Notes under the pieces: generated by a model
Seen by the model: the letters and a program-made list of their open reading frames with translations, nothing else
Databases searched by the model: none
Told to the model about the DNA's origin: nothing
Translations under genes and position numbers: made by a program
DNA from: a bacterium
Lineage (GTDB): Bacteria; Patescibacteriota; Patescibacteriia; JAACEG01; JAGUWE01
NCBI GenBank assembly: GCA_043798995.1
Contig: JAZDOD010000008.1
Coordinates: forward strand, 119,468-183,467
Length of the DNA stretch: 64,000 nucleotides
Direction of reading: 5' to 3'
Shown here: piece by piece, positions 47,443 through 57,607 of the stretch
Position numbering within the stretch: the stretch's first letter is position 1
Layout of the letters: each line of letters begins with the position of its first letter

Positions 47443-48413
47443 ACAAGAAGAATATGTTCAATATCATTGGCAAAAAAAATTATTACTTCATTTTTTCCGG
47501 CGCTTTGTTTGTTTTAAGCGTGATTGCTTTATTCTTATGGGGTCTTAGAATCGGTATTGATTTTGTCGGCGGCAGTTCCTTGGAGGTAGAATTTGCTAAT
47601 GCTAATCGTCCAGACAGCCAAGAAGTAACGGAAGCTCTTAAAGATTTTAATTTAGGCGAAATAATTGTTCAGCCGGTAGCCGAGCAAGATATGATTTTAA
47701 AATTAAAATCAATTGATGAAGAAACTCATCAGAAAATTTTGGAAAAATTGCGCGGTTTGATTAAAACCGAAAGCGCTGTCCAGCAGAATAAAGACAGTCA
47801 AACGTTAGCCAGCGCAAATCAAAAGCCGGAATTGATTGAAAAACAATTTACTTCCATTGGCCCGACTATTGGCAAGGAATTAACCCGAAAAACCATTTGG
47901 GCCCTGATTTTAGCGAATATTTTAATTACCATTTACATTGCTTTTTCTTTCCGTAAAGTTTCCAAGCCGGTTCCTTCATGGCAGTATGGAGTAGCCGCTG
48001 TTTTGGCCTTGATTCATGATGTGATTATCACTTTAGGCGTTTTCGCCTTTTTGGGTCATTTCTTTAACATTGAGATTGACGCTTCATTTATTGCCGCGAT
48101 TTTAACCGTGATTGGTTTTTCAGTTCACGACTCAATCGTTGTTTTCGACAGAACCAGAGAAAATTTAATTAAGACCGTCCAGCAGTTTGAAGAAACTGTA
48201 AATTTCAGCGTTAACCAGACATTAGGCCGTTCAATTAGCACCTCAATGACGGCCATAATTGCAGTTTTAGCTATTTATCTTTTCGGCGGCCAGTCAACCA
48301 AATTAATCAGTTTGGCTTTAGTTATAGGTATTTTCTTCGGCACTTATTCTTCAATTTTTTTAGCCAGCCCTCTTTTGGTTGTTTGGCAAAAATTGAGCCA
48401 AAAAAGAAGATAA
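47436..48413 (+). CDS. secF: protein-export membrane protein SecF
   Basis: GIDFVGGSSLEVEF start, 6 TM segments, typical SecF length. Confidence 0.85.
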   Translation: MTDKKNMFNIIGKKNYYFIFSGALFVLSVIALFLWGLRIGIDFVGGSSLEVEFANANRPDSQEVTEALKDFNLGEIIVQPVAEQDMILKLKSIDEETHQKILEKLRGLIKTESAVQQNKDSQTLASANQKPELIEKQFTSIGPTIGKELTRKTIWALILANILITIYIAFSFRKVSKPVPSWQYGVAAVLALIHDVIITLGVFAFLGHFFNIEIDASFIAAILTVIGFSVHDSIVVFDRTRENLIKTVQQFEETVNFSVNQTLGRSISTSMTAIIAVLAIYLFGGQSTKLISLALVIGIFFGTYSSIFLASPLLVVWQKLSQKRR

Positions 48414-48562
48414 AATAAATTTAAAATTCTTTAAAAGTCCTAATATTAATTACAAAATAACCTCAAATTTAATTAAGTTCGCGTAAAAAGATACGATAAA
48501 GGTAAAGGTCGATTTTGCGAAAACACCCAAATTTTAATAATTTAATAATAAGGAAAAAAAAT

Positions 48563-48874
48563 ATGAGTATTGAAAATCCAAATTTAAACCAAGGGGAACA
48601 AAAAGAAATAATAAAAGAGGAGTTTGAGACCAGAAATTTTAATGACACTATTATGGTTAGAGTAACCGACCGTGGGAAAGAGATATTAAAAGAAAAAGGT
48701 GTTGATTATCTCAAGGAGAATGAGGAGGGCTGGACTGAAATAGCGCATTCTGATTTGATGAAAATTTTTGGCGAAGAGATGACCGTAGGTTCTTTTGTTG
48801 ATCATCCTAACAAAAAATTTCAGTTGCCTATCGAGCCAGATTACAGAATTAAAAAGCTAAAAGAAAAAAAATAA
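48563..48874 (+). CDS. hypothetical acidic protein
   Basis: Start placed at MSIENPNL, preceded by AAGGAAAAAAAA. No family recognised. Confidence 0.3.
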   Translation: MSIENPNLNQGEQKEIIKEEFETRNFNDTIMVRVTDRGKEILKEKGVDYLKENEEGWTEIAHSDLMKIFGEEMTVGSFVDHPNKKFQLPIEPDYRIKKLKEKK

Positions 48875-48934
48875 AAATAAAATTTGTTCTGAACAGCGAA
48901 CTTCACTTGCCTGCCTCGTCGAGTCAAGGCGGGT

Positions 48935-49090
48935 TTCAGAGTTCCTTCGCTGTGTCACCCTGAGATCGTTTCAGGGTCTCAATGAGATGCTGAAACAAGT
49001 TCAGCATGACAAGATGGGCGAATCAGCAGACGGATTATTTCTCAATCTCCCGAGGCGGGACAAGTAAGTTCGGGATGACATTAAATAAGA
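48935..49090. repeat. hairpin-repeat array (at least 3 units)
   Basis: TGTCACCCTGAgatcgtTTCAGGGTCTCA; AGATGCTGAAacaagTTCAGCATGACA; ...TTCGGGATGACA. Confidence 0.65.
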
Positions 49091-49104
49091 AAGGGGGTGA
49101 GATT

Positions 49105-49362
49105 ATGGCAGAAGAAAAATTGATTGGCAAAATCACCCATTATTTTTCTAAAATCGGCGTGGCCGTGATTGGGTTAAGCGATACTTTAAAAGTCGGCAGT
49201 ACAATCCATATCAAAAACAGTGATCGCGACTTTAATCAGCAAGTTTCTTCCCTGCAGATTGAGCACGAACAGGTTAAAGAGGCAACCGCCGGCCAATCCG
49301 CTGGTCTTAAGGTTGATCAGAAAGTCCATGAAGGCGACGAGGTTTATTTGGTGAGCGAATAA
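49105..49362 (+). CDS. small beta-barrel protein resembling EF-Tu domain 2
   Basis: AAGGGGGTGA Shine-Dalgarno sequence 5 nt upstream. G.V..G.L..GD.V.I pattern. The ORF-track start at 49006 comes from the repeat ATG. Confidence 0.35.
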   Translation: MAEEKLIGKITHYFSKIGVAVIGLSDTLKVGSTIHIKNSDRDFNQQVSSLQIEHEQVKEATAGQSAGLKVDQKVHEGDEVYLVSE

Positions 49363-49389
49363 AAATAATATTATCTCAAATTATTATTC

Positions 49390-49515
49390 TATGTCACTGC
49401 GCACTTGCCTGCTCGCCGTAATTTTAATGCAGGCGGGATGCGGAATCCATACATTGTTTCTGTGAAAAAATAGATTATTGTTTAAAACTGGATTCCCGCT
49501 TTCGCGGGAATGACA
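49390..49515. repeat. hairpin-repeat units
   Basis: TGTCACTGCGCActtgCCTGC...GCAGGCGGGATGCGGAATCCA ... CTGGATTCCCGCtttcGCGGGAATGACA. Confidence 0.6.
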
Positions 49516-49705
49516 GATTAGAGATTAAAAATTTTCAAAGTTTTTTAATTGTGAGCAAAAGTTCATTTTTTTATTTTTTAAATACCCAATGATCTTGCCA
49601 GAAATTATTTTTTGCTATATATAAATAACTAATCAAAGCTCTTTAACAATCAAATAATTCGATATTTTATAAAAATGATAAAAACCATGTGAAAAGGAGG
49701 AGAAA

Positions 49706-50854
49706 ATGGAAGAAAAATGCAGAATTTGCGGTAATCCAGAAGCTTATGATGGGGTAAGTAATTTAGTACAATACATAGAATATCCTGAGAAATTATGCAG
49801 TGGTTGCATAAAATGGCTTCGCGGATTTTATGAAGGAAAGGAAAAAAGTTTAACCTACAAAGATAGCGGCGTTGACATCGAGGCCGGAAATCAAGCTGTT
49901 CAACTAATTAAAAACAAGATTGAACAAACCTTTAAGTTTTTCCCCGGAAAAGTTTTAAATGAATTGGGCGGCTTTTGTTCCGTAGCAGAATTGCAAAACG
50001 GAACAGTTATCGGCACAACTACCGACGGAGTTGGCACTAAAGTTAAAATCGCGATTTTATTAAATAGACACGACACCATTGGCATTGATTTAGTAGCAAT
50101 GTGCGTTAATGATTTAATTGTCCATAACGTCAACCCAGCTGGTTTTCTTGACTATATTGCCCAAGGAAAACAGATTCCGGAGCGAACGGACGCGTTAATT
50201 AGTGGTATGATTTCCAGCTGTAATTCAGCCAAAACAGCGCTCTTAGGCGGAGAAATGGCGGAAATGCCTGGAATATACAAAGAGGAAGATTATGATTTGG
50301 CTGGTTTTGCTTTTGGTTTTGCTAAATCAAAGGGTGATCTAATTTTTGGCCAGAAAATAAGACCGGGGATGAAGGTTTTTGGGTTGCCGTCTTTCGGTCT
50401 CCATTCCAATGGTTATAGTTTGGCAAGAAAAGTCTACGGTATTGATGACTCTAAACCCGAGGAAGCGATCAAAATATTAAACAGCCAATTCATGCGCACC
50501 ACTTTCTCTCTTGGCGATGAGTTGCTAAGAGCTACAATGATTTATGTTCAAACGGTCGAATATTTGTTAAAAAGATACGAAATAGCCGGCATGGCTCATA
50601 TTACCGGCGGGGGATTAGTTGAAAATCCGCTGCGAATTTTACCCGAAGGTTGTGCTATACGAATTGATTGGGAACGCTGGCCGATTTTGCCGATTTTCAA
50701 AGATATCCAGCAAAAAGGCAACATCTCGGATAGAGAAATGCGTCGGACCTTTAATAACGGCATTGGTTTTATTTTGATTTCTCCCGATGAAATTCAAGAG
50801 GCCTATGAAATCGGCGAAATTATCGAAGGTGAAAGAGTTGTTATTTTTGATTAA
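49706..50854 (+). CDS. purM: phosphoribosylformylglycinamidine cyclo-ligase (AIR synthase) with an N-terminal 4-Cys zinc-ribbon extension
   Basis: The PurM body begins at SLTYKDSGVDIEAGN. The 45 aa before it read CRICGN...CSGC. Confidence 0.8.
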   Translation: MEEKCRICGNPEAYDGVSNLVQYIEYPEKLCSGCIKWLRGFYEGKEKSLTYKDSGVDIEAGNQAVQLIKNKIEQTFKFFPGKVLNELGGFCSVAELQNGTVIGTTTDGVGTKVKIAILLNRHDTIGIDLVAMCVNDLIVHNVNPAGFLDYIAQGKQIPERTDALISGMISSCNSAKTALLGGEMAEMPGIYKEEDYDLAGFAFGFAKSKGDLIFGQKIRPGMKVFGLPSFGLHSNGYSLARKVYGIDDSKPEEAIKILNSQFMRTTFSLGDELLRATMIYVQTVEYLLKRYEIAGMAHITGGGLVENPLRILPEGCAIRIDWERWPILPIFKDIQQKGNISDREMRRTFNNGIGFILISPDEIQEAYEIGEIIEGERVVIFD

Positions 50855-50911
50855 CAAAGAAGAATTCAATACTGAGGTTCAAAAAATTCTCAAAGAAAAA
50901 AGGAGGTTAAA

Positions 50912-51106
50912 ATGCCAAAAAAAGAAGTGAAACAAATAGTTTGTCCGCTTTGCTTGCAAGAAATGAGAGTAGAAAAAAGGCAATTTATTTTTGAATGTTT
51001 TGAAGGCAAAATTCACTCTTTTACCACCGATACCCAGACCAGCCCATTGGCTAAAAAAGTTGCTGAGCTGGACTGCCAGATCGCCCATCAACTTATTCTG
51101 TCTTAA
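50912..51106 (+). CDS. small CxxC-containing hypothetical protein
   Basis: AAAGGAGG Shine-Dalgarno sequence. Two terminator hairpins follow. Confidence 0.4.
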   Translation: MPKKEVKQIVCPLCLQEMRVEKRQFIFECFEGKIHSFTTDTQTSPLAKKVAELDCQIAHQLILS

Positions 51107-51120
51107 AACTTGACGCCAAA

Positions 51121-51206
51121 CCCTCTTTATGTTAAAAACAAAACAAGGAGGGTTTTTCTTTATTGATTAAAAAAATTTAAAAAGGCCTTCGCGAGAAGCC
51201 TTTTTT
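51121..51206 (+). terminator. two consecutive rho-independent terminators
   Basis: CCCTC...GAGGG + T5 at 51121-51161 and AAGGC...GCCTT + T6 at 51182-51206. Confidence 0.6.
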
Positions 51207-51263
51207 CTTTCTTGAATTGCATAAGTTCACATACATATTGGACTCTTTGAAGGAATCCAGGGT

Positions 51264-52322
51264 ATGCAAATCCACTCTAAGTACCGGGGAATAAAAGGTT
51301 TTGTCAGAACCTACAATTATGGCCTAAAATGGTTGCATATGATTACTGACAAAGCCAAGTACAAAGCCCGAGTTTTGGCCTTTTGGTCAAAACACGGCCT
51401 TCAGGCCACCCTCGATGCCTTTCCGGCCAAACGTTCAATCTTGTTTTACTGGAAAAGAAAACTCAAGGCAGGCCAAGGAAAACTCGAATCTTTAAACAAC
51501 CAATCACGCACACCTCAAGCTAAAAGGAAACGCCTTTGGCCTGAGCCGGTCTTAGCAGAAATCAAGCGCCTAAGATGGACTTATCCTAATTTAGGCAAAG
51601 ACAAAATCTATCCTTTGCTCCTAAAATACTGTCAGGCCAACAATCTTAAATGTCCCACTGCCTCAACTATCGGCCGGTTGATTCAGGATCTGGGCGGACT
51701 GCGGATTTTCCCTCAAAAGGTAAGTCATTTTGGCAAGGTTAAACTACTAAAAAGAGCCAAAGTTTTTAGAAAACCCAAAGATTTTAAAGCAGAATACCCT
51801 GGTCATCTGGTCGCCTTAGACACGATTGAAAGGTTTATCCACGGCGTCAGGCGTTATGTTATCACCTTTGAAGATATTTACACCCGTTTCAGTTTTGCTT
51901 GGGCAACTAAAAGTCATGCCAGTTTGGCAGCTAAAGAATTCTTTAACTACTGCTGCTTAGTTTTTCCCTATCCCATAACCTTTGCCCTAACTGATAATGG
52001 CAGTGAATTTAAAAAACATTTTAACAGCGAGCTGATTAAGTTGCATATTGCTCATTATCATACTTATCCCAGGACTCCTAAAATGAACTCTCACTGCGAA
52101 AGATTCAACCGCACCATCCAGGAAGAGTTTGTTGATTACCATGCCGGTGAGTTGCTTGAACCGGCAAGCTTTAACCGCTCTCTGATGACCTGGCTCATCT
52201 GGTACAATACCGAAAGGCCGCACTTTGCTTTTCAAAACAAGCTTTCGCCTGTACAATACATCGTGTCTTTAGAAAGAGCTAAAAAACTAACCGAGTCCAA
52301 AGTAGGGTGGACGCATACATGA
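51264..52322 (+). CDS. DDE transposase with integrase-core (rve) domain, IS481/IS3-superfamily-like
   Basis: N-terminal HTH. Catalytic pattern D(LVALD)...D(LTDNGSEF)...E(HCERFNRTIQEE), plus YPRTPKMN. Confidence 0.75.
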   Translation: MQIHSKYRGIKGFVRTYNYGLKWLHMITDKAKYKARVLAFWSKHGLQATLDAFPAKRSILFYWKRKLKAGQGKLESLNNQSRTPQAKRKRLWPEPVLAEIKRLRWTYPNLGKDKIYPLLLKYCQANNLKCPTASTIGRLIQDLGGLRIFPQKVSHFGKVKLLKRAKVFRKPKDFKAEYPGHLVALDTIERFIHGVRRYVITFEDIYTRFSFAWATKSHASLAAKEFFNYCCLVFPYPITFALTDNGSEFKKHFNSELIKLHIAHYHTYPRTPKMNSHCERFNRTIQEEFVDYHAGELLEPASFNRSLMTWLIWYNTERPHFAFQNKLSPVQYIVSLERAKKLTESKVGWTHT

Positions 52323-52446
52323 ATTTGACATTTTTAATTAAATTAATTAAAATACATTTAAGTGTTGACAGGTTTTAATAATTAAGATAAAATAATTTTG
52401 TTTGGGGTTTGTTAAAGAACGAATTCCCCAAATTTTTTAGTTTTTT

Positions 52447-52683
52447 ATGGAACAGCACTCCACCTCCTCTCCTAGCAAAGATTTTCTTGAATCCCGGGGC
52501 AAAGTAATGGAATTGTTGCCGGCAGCGACATTCAAGGTTAAACTTGAAAACGGCCATGAGATTATTGCCCATCTTTCCGGCAGAATGCGGCTTAATAAAA
52601 TCCGGATTTTACCCGGCGATGAGGTTAAGGTCCAGATGACGCCTTATGATTTAACTAAAGGGAGAATTATCTATCGCCATTAA
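52447..52683 (+). CDS. infA: translation initiation factor IF-1
   Basis: [31 protein letters not shown]...[24 protein letters not shown]. Confidence 0.8.
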   Translation: MEQHSTSSPSKDFLESRGKVMELLPAATFKVKLENGHEIIAHLSGRMRLNKIRILPGDEVKVQMTPYDLTKGRIIYRH

Positions 52684-52699
52684 ATAAAGGGCATTAAAC

Positions 52700-52810
52700 C
52701 CCTTGATATCAGCGCTCGCCTCGCCTCGCCGTAGCCTTCGGCGAAGCGCGGGTCGGAAATGAATCCGCCAGCTGGTGGATTCATAACTCTCGCTCGCTTG
52801 ATAATAAAAA
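52700..52810. repeat. GC-rich MITE-like element (copy 2, inverted relative to 9175-9252)
   Basis: It shares both ends with copy 1. The interior holds the GAATCCGCCAGCTGGTGGATTC hairpin. Confidence 0.6.
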
Positions 52811-52853
52811 AATTGTTTTTTTGTTTGTTCGGTCTTGTTTTAATTTAAAGATT

Positions 52854-52967
52854 ATGAAAGTAGGGGCTTCAGCTAAGAAAATTTGTAAGGATTGTCGCGT
52901 TGTCAGAAGGAAAAAACGCGTTTTTATTATTTGTAAAAATCCAAAACACAAACAAAGACAAGGATAA
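52854..52967 (+). CDS. rpmJ: 50S ribosomal protein L36, absent from the ORF track
   Basis: [37 protein letters not shown]. Confidence 0.85.
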   Translation: MKVGASAKKICKDCRVVRRKKRVFIICKNPKHKQRQG

Positions 52968-53230
52968 GCGCTTGCGAATCAAGGGAAATTACAAGCTCCA
53001 AACTCCAAATCCCAAACAAATCCCAATCTTTTGGGGTTATGGTCTAAGGTTTACGGTTTATGGAAGCCAGTTTAGTAAAATGGTTTAAGGTTTATAGTAA
53101 AAAATAATACCAAAGACAATAAACTATTAACCAAACCAGCAGCCATAAACTATAAACTAAAGACAAAAATCTTTAATTTATTTAGGTTAATTAGAATAAT
53201 TAGGTCAATTAGAAATTTTGATTGAAACAT

Positions 53231-53620
53231 ATGCCTCGTATTGCCGGAGTAAATTTACCACAAAGCAAAAGAATTGAAATAGGTTTAACCTATATTTTTG
53301 GTATTGGCAGAAGTTTGTCCAATAAAATTTTGGCTACAGCGAAAATTAATCCGGATAAACGGAGTTCAGAGCTAACCGAAGCCGAGGTTAATACTTTGCG
53401 CGAAATCATTGAAAAACAGCATAAAGTTGAAGGTGATTTAAAAAGAGAAATTTTGTCCAATATTAAGCGATTAAAGGAAATTGGTTGTTACCGGGGCATT
53501 CGGCATACAAGGCATTTGCCAGTCAGGGGGCAGAGAACAAAAACTAATACTAGAACCGTCCGCGGCAATGTTCGCCGAACCACAGGATCTGGCCGTCGAC
53601 CAACGGCGCAAAAAACCTAA
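53231..53620 (+). CDS. rpsM: 30S ribosomal protein S13
   Basis: [10 protein letters not shown]...GIG...RHL. Confidence 0.9.
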   Translation: MPRIAGVNLPQSKRIEIGLTYIFGIGRSLSNKILATAKINPDKRSSELTEAEVNTLREIIEKQHKVEGDLKREILSNIKRLKEIGCYRGIRHTRHLPVRGQRTKTNTRTVRGNVRRTTGSGRRPTAQKT

Positions 53621-53700
53621 ACCAATGCTAATAATATGCGAATTGAATGCGAATGCTACGAATATAATTTTAAAAATAAAGAATTGAATATTAAATTTTT

Positions 53701-54159
53701 ATGGTAGAAGAAAAATCAATAAAACAATCGGACGAGAAAACTGAAGTTTTGTTTTCCGAGCAGCCGGCTAAAGCAGTAAAAAAAGGTGGCCAAAGCAAAA
53801 AAATGCCAAGGCAAGTAGCCAACGGCCGAGCTTATGTTAAAGCAACTTATAATAATACTATTGTCACTTTAACCGATCAGGCAGGCAATGTTCTTGCCAG
53901 TGCGAGCGCGGGACAGGCCGGTTTTAAGGGGCCGAAAAAATCAACGCCCTACGCTGCTTCAATTATTGTCAGAAATGCGGTTGATAAAGTTAGAATTTAC
54001 GGCTTAAAAAATGTCAGTGTTTTTGTTAAGGGCGTTGGTTCTGGCCGAGAGTCTGCCATCCGGGCTTTTAATACCAATGGTTTAAATGTTGTTTCAATAA
54101 AAGATGTCACGCCGATTCCTCATAACGGTTGTCGTCCGAAAAAACCAAGACGTGTCTAA
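53701..54159 (+). CDS. rpsK: 30S ribosomal protein S11
   Basis: [11 protein letters not shown]...GFKG..KSTPYAA. Confidence 0.9.
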   Translation: MVEEKSIKQSDEKTEVLFSEQPAKAVKKGGQSKKMPRQVANGRAYVKATYNNTIVTLTDQAGNVLASASAGQAGFKGPKKSTPYAASIIVRNAVDKVRIYGLKNVSVFVKGVGSGRESAIRAFNTNGLNVVSIKDVTPIPHNGCRPKKPRRV

Positions 54160-54172
54160 AATAAATTTAATT

Positions 54173-54817
54173 ATGCAAAAGACTAATGCTAAATGTAAAA
54201 AATGTCGCCGTGAAGGCAAGAAGCTGTTTCTAAAAGGGGAGCGCTGTTTTAGCGCTAAATGCGCTATTGTAAAAAGAAATTATCCGCCGGGGATTCACGG
54301 AACAAAAGCCAGGACCAAATCAAAAAGAGGTTTAAGTGCTTACGGTCAGCAGCTTAGAGAAAAGCAGGTTGCCAAAAAAGTTTATAATCTTAATGAAAAA
54401 CAATTTGCCAATTATTTCAAGAAAGCTATCAGACAAAAAGGCGATACCGGCGAAAATCTTCTTCAGTTTTTAGAATTACGACTTGATAATGTTATTTATC
54501 GGGTCGGTTTAGTGTCTTCGCGAAAATTAGCCCGCCAATTAGTAAGTCATGGTTATTTTCAGGTCAATGGTAAAAATATTAATATTCCTTCCTACAATTT
54601 AAAAACAAACGATAAAATAACCATTAAACCGGCAAAAATTAATAAAAAAATCCTAGATAATATTAAAGAATCAATCAAAGAAAAAAAAGACAATTTCTCT
54701 AGCTGGTTAAATTTAGATAAAGATAGTTTTGCAATTACCATCTTGGCAAAACCAAACTTTAAAGAGGTGGAACGTCTTTTTGATATTAAGATGATCGTTG
54801 AGTTTTACTCCAAATAA
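54173..54817 (+). CDS. rpsD: 30S ribosomal protein S4
   Basis: Zn-finger start CKKCRREG...C..KC and an S4 RNA-binding domain. The ORF-track start at 54104 is an upstream extension. Confidence 0.9.
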   Translation: MQKTNAKCKKCRREGKKLFLKGERCFSAKCAIVKRNYPPGIHGTKARTKSKRGLSAYGQQLREKQVAKKVYNLNEKQFANYFKKAIRQKGDTGENLLQFLELRLDNVIYRVGLVSSRKLARQLVSHGYFQVNGKNINIPSYNLKTNDKITIKPAKINKKILDNIKESIKEKKDNFSSWLNLDKDSFAITILAKPNFKEVERLFDIKMIVEFYSK

Positions 54818-54844
54818 TAATCATTAAAATAGATAAAAAAAATT

Positions 54845-55669
54845 ATGGAAAAAATACCTTTGCCCGCAAAAATCATTTTTGAAAAAACTTCTAATCAAAA
54901 TCAAATTATCGCAACCATAGAGCCGTTTTATCCCGGTTATGGCACGACTATCGGTAATAGCTTAAGAAGAATAATGCTTTCTTCTTTGACCGGCGCAGCT
55001 ATTACCGGCATTAAAATTAAAGGCATCCAGCATGAATTTTCAACCATTCCTAATATTTTAGAGGATTTTATTCAGATAGTTTTGAATCTTAAATTAGTTC
55101 GTCTTAAGGTTTTTACTGACGAAACTGTCAAATTAATTTTATCAGCCAAAGGCGAGGGCAAGGTTACCACTAAAGACATTAAGACAACCAGTGATGCAGA
55201 AATAGTTAATCCTAATCAGCCTATTGCCACCCTAACGGCCAAGAATGCCGAGCTTAACATGGAAATCTATGCCAAGCGTGGTCGTGGTTTTTGGCCGGTT
55301 GAGGAAAGGGCCGGCGAACAGGAAGTCGGCGTTATTGCCATTGATGCGCTTTTTACTCCGGTCAGAAAAGTAGGACTACGAATTGAAAATGTCCGGGTCG
55401 GACAGATGACCAATTATGAAAAAGTCGTTTTTGACATTGAAACCGATGGCACCATCCGTCCAGAGCAAGCTCTTCTTGACTCGGTAAAAATTTTGATTGA
55501 ACAATTTAATTTTTTTGTTGAAAATATTAAAATTGAAGAAGAAAAAAAAGCGCGAAAAGGAGAAAAGGCCGAGGCAGAAACCAAACCTAAAAAGACCAAA
55601 GAAAAAAAAGAAAAGAAAGAAAAAGAATCTTCTAAAGCTCAAAAAACTAAGAAAAAAGCAAAAAAGTAA
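54845..55669 (+). CDS. rpoA: RNA polymerase alpha subunit, N-terminal domain only, with a Lys/Glu-rich tail in place of the alpha-CTD
   Basis: An alpha-NTD of about 228 aa, followed by EEEKKARKGEKAEAETKPKKTKEKKEKKEKESSKAQKTKKKAKK. Confidence 0.8.
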   Translation: MEKIPLPAKIIFEKTSNQNQIIATIEPFYPGYGTTIGNSLRRIMLSSLTGAAITGIKIKGIQHEFSTIPNILEDFIQIVLNLKLVRLKVFTDETVKLILSAKGEGKVTTKDIKTTSDAEIVNPNQPIATLTAKNAELNMEIYAKRGRGFWPVEERAGEQEVGVIAIDALFTPVRKVGLRIENVRVGQMTNYEKVVFDIETDGTIRPEQALLDSVKILIEQFNFFVENIKIEEEKKARKGEKAEAETKPKKTKEKKEKKEKESSKAQKTKKKAKK

Positions 55670-55672
55670 AAT

Positions 55673-56023
55673 ATGAGACATCAAAAAAAAACGATAAAAC
55701 TCGACCGAAAGTCAGGACCAAGAAAAGCATTGCTTAAAAATTTAGCCATGAGCGTTATAATTTATGAAAAGATTACAACCACCGAAGCTAAAGCCAAAGC
55801 GGTTAAGCCGCTGGTTGAGAAATTAGTAACTTTAGGCAAGGAAAATAGTTTAGCAAATTATCGCAAGCTTCTTCGGTCTTTACCGACAGAAAAAGCGGCC
55901 AAAAAAGTTATAGAAGTTTTGGGGCCAAAATACAAAGAAAGAAAAGGCGGCTACCTCCGGCTTGTTAAGGTTATTTCGAGAAAAGGCGATGGAGCAAAAA
56001 TGGTAAGAGTAGAATTTGTTTGA
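55673..56023 (+). CDS. rplQ: 50S ribosomal protein L17
   Basis: MRHQKK..KL.R....R.ALL.NL. Confidence 0.9.
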   Translation: MRHQKKTIKLDRKSGPRKALLKNLAMSVIIYEKITTTEAKAKAVKPLVEKLVTLGKENSLANYRKLLRSLPTEKAAKKVIEVLGPKYKERKGGYLRLVKVISRKGDGAKMVRVEFV

Positions 56024-56077
56024 AAATTAATATATTATATATATACATACATATATTTTAAAATTAATTTTTAAAAA

Positions 56078-56665
56078 ATGTTTGGTAAAATTTCTTTTCT
56101 CACAGGTACTTTGTTTTTAATTTTAGTAGCTTTAATCGGCGGAGTTGTGATTTATTTCGTTTATGATGCTTCGTTAAACGAAATAACAAGAATTAATCAA
56201 ATCTACGCCAAAACTAAAGAAACCATCGCCGTAGATGTCTACTTTTGTCACAGCGGTCCGGGGGAAGCTCAGTCCTGCGAATGTGATTCGCCGGTAAGCA
56301 GACGAATTACCAGTTCACCGAATATGAAAATTGTTGCGACCGCGGCCATTAATAAATTTTTGGAAAGCCCGACCGTTAAAGAAAAAGAAGAGGGTTATTC
56401 AAGCGGTATTCCCACTAAAGAACAGATCGCAAGTTATAAGAGCGCTACGGGTAAAGAAATAGGGGATGAGATAAAACTTTTAGGGTTAACAATTGAAAAC
56501 AGCATGGCCACAGCTAATTTTTCTGAAGAATTATTGGCTTATGGCGGCAGTAGTTGCCGGGCCAAATCAATCAGCTCTTCAATTGCCAATACTTTGCTTC
56601 AGTTCAGCAGCATAAAAGGCGTCAAAATTTTAGTTAATAATAATCCAACCAGTTTACAGCCTTAA
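56078..56665 (+). CDS. membrane-anchored GerMN-like domain protein
   Basis: N-terminal TM followed by a GerMN-like pattern (VDVYF..., LLQFSSIKGVKILVNN). Confidence 0.5.
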   Translation: MFGKISFLTGTLFLILVALIGGVVIYFVYDASLNEITRINQIYAKTKETIAVDVYFCHSGPGEAQSCECDSPVSRRITSSPNMKIVATAAINKFLESPTVKEKEEGYSSGIPTKEQIASYKSATGKEIGDEIKLLGLTIENSMATANFSEELLAYGGSSCRAKSISSSIANTLLQFSSIKGVKILVNNNPTSLQP

Positions 56666-56673
56666 ATTAAAAT

Positions 56674-57048
56674 ATGAAAAAGAAAACCGTTAAAAATCCG
56701 GCAAAAAAAGTTTATACTTTAGATGCCACCGGACAAATTTTAGGTCGTTTGGCAAGTCAGACAGCCATCCTTTTACTTGGTAAAAATAAAGTTTCATATT
56801 TGCCTAATAAATTAAATCAAGACGAAGTAATTGTTAAAAATATCTCAAAATTGAGGTTTTCCGGCAAGAAAACCGAGCAAAAAAAATATTACCATTATTC
56901 CGGCTACCCCGGCGGCTTAAAGACAAAAAAGTTTGAAGAAATTTTTGCCAAAAATCCAGCCCAAATTTTTAAACAGGCCGTTTCCAAGATGCTGCCGAAA
57001 AATAGATTGAGGCCAAAACTTTTAAAACATCTTAAGCCTGAAAATTAG
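56674..57048 (+). CDS. rplM: 50S ribosomal protein L13
   Basis: LDATGQILGRLAS, YYHYSGYPGGLK and MLPKNRL. Confidence 0.85.
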   Translation: MKKKTVKNPAKKVYTLDATGQILGRLASQTAILLLGKNKVSYLPNKLNQDEVIVKNISKLRFSGKKTEQKKYYHYSGYPGGLKTKKFEEIFAKNPAQIFKQAVSKMLPKNRLRPKLLKHLKPEN

Positions 57049-57050
57049 TT

Positions 57051-57491
57051 ATGACAAAAAAAATTATTAAAACTGAAAAAGTCAAAACCAAAAAAGAAGA
57101 GCCGAAAGGCAATGTTTTTGCGGTTGGCAGAAGAAAATCGGCCATTGCTCAAGTTAGATTAACCCGAGGCAAAGGAGAAATAAAAATTAATAGCAAGACG
57201 TTAAAAGAATTTTTTCCTTATTTTGAATTTCAGCAGATTATTTTGGCGCCATTTAAGGCGGTCGGAGAAGCTGAAAAATACGATGCCCAGGCCAAAATTG
57301 TTGGCGGCGGCAAACACGGCCAGGCCGAGGCCCTACGATTGGCCATTGCCCGCGCTTTGCTTAAAATTGACTCTTCCTTCCGTCAACCACTAAAAAACCT
57401 TGGCTTTTTGACCCGCGATGCCAGAGTTAAAGAAAGAAAAAAACCCGGCCTCAAGCGCGCCCGAAGGGCACCGCAGTGGCAAAAAAGATAA
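57051..57491 (+). CDS. rpsI: 30S ribosomal protein S9
   Basis: GRRKSAIA..., GGG...QA.A...A.ARAL and KKPGLKRARRAPQ. Confidence 0.9.
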   Translation: MTKKIIKTEKVKTKKEEPKGNVFAVGRRKSAIAQVRLTRGKGEIKINSKTLKEFFPYFEFQQIILAPFKAVGEAEKYDAQAKIVGGGKHGQAEALRLAIARALLKIDSSFRQPLKNLGFLTRDARVKERKKPGLKRARRAPQWQKR

Positions 57492-57607
57492 TATCTTTTT
57501 TGCCAACCCTTCCGTAGCTTTACGCGAAGGAGGGTGGCCAGAAGAGGTAGTTTTTACACTATTAAACTAAACGAAAAATAATTTTATTAATTAATTTATT
57601 AAAATCT

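Noticed and set aside
51214-52328. Terminal inverted repeats for the transposase.
   Set aside because: The candidate ends match only about 50%. IS boundaries cannot be called without other copies.
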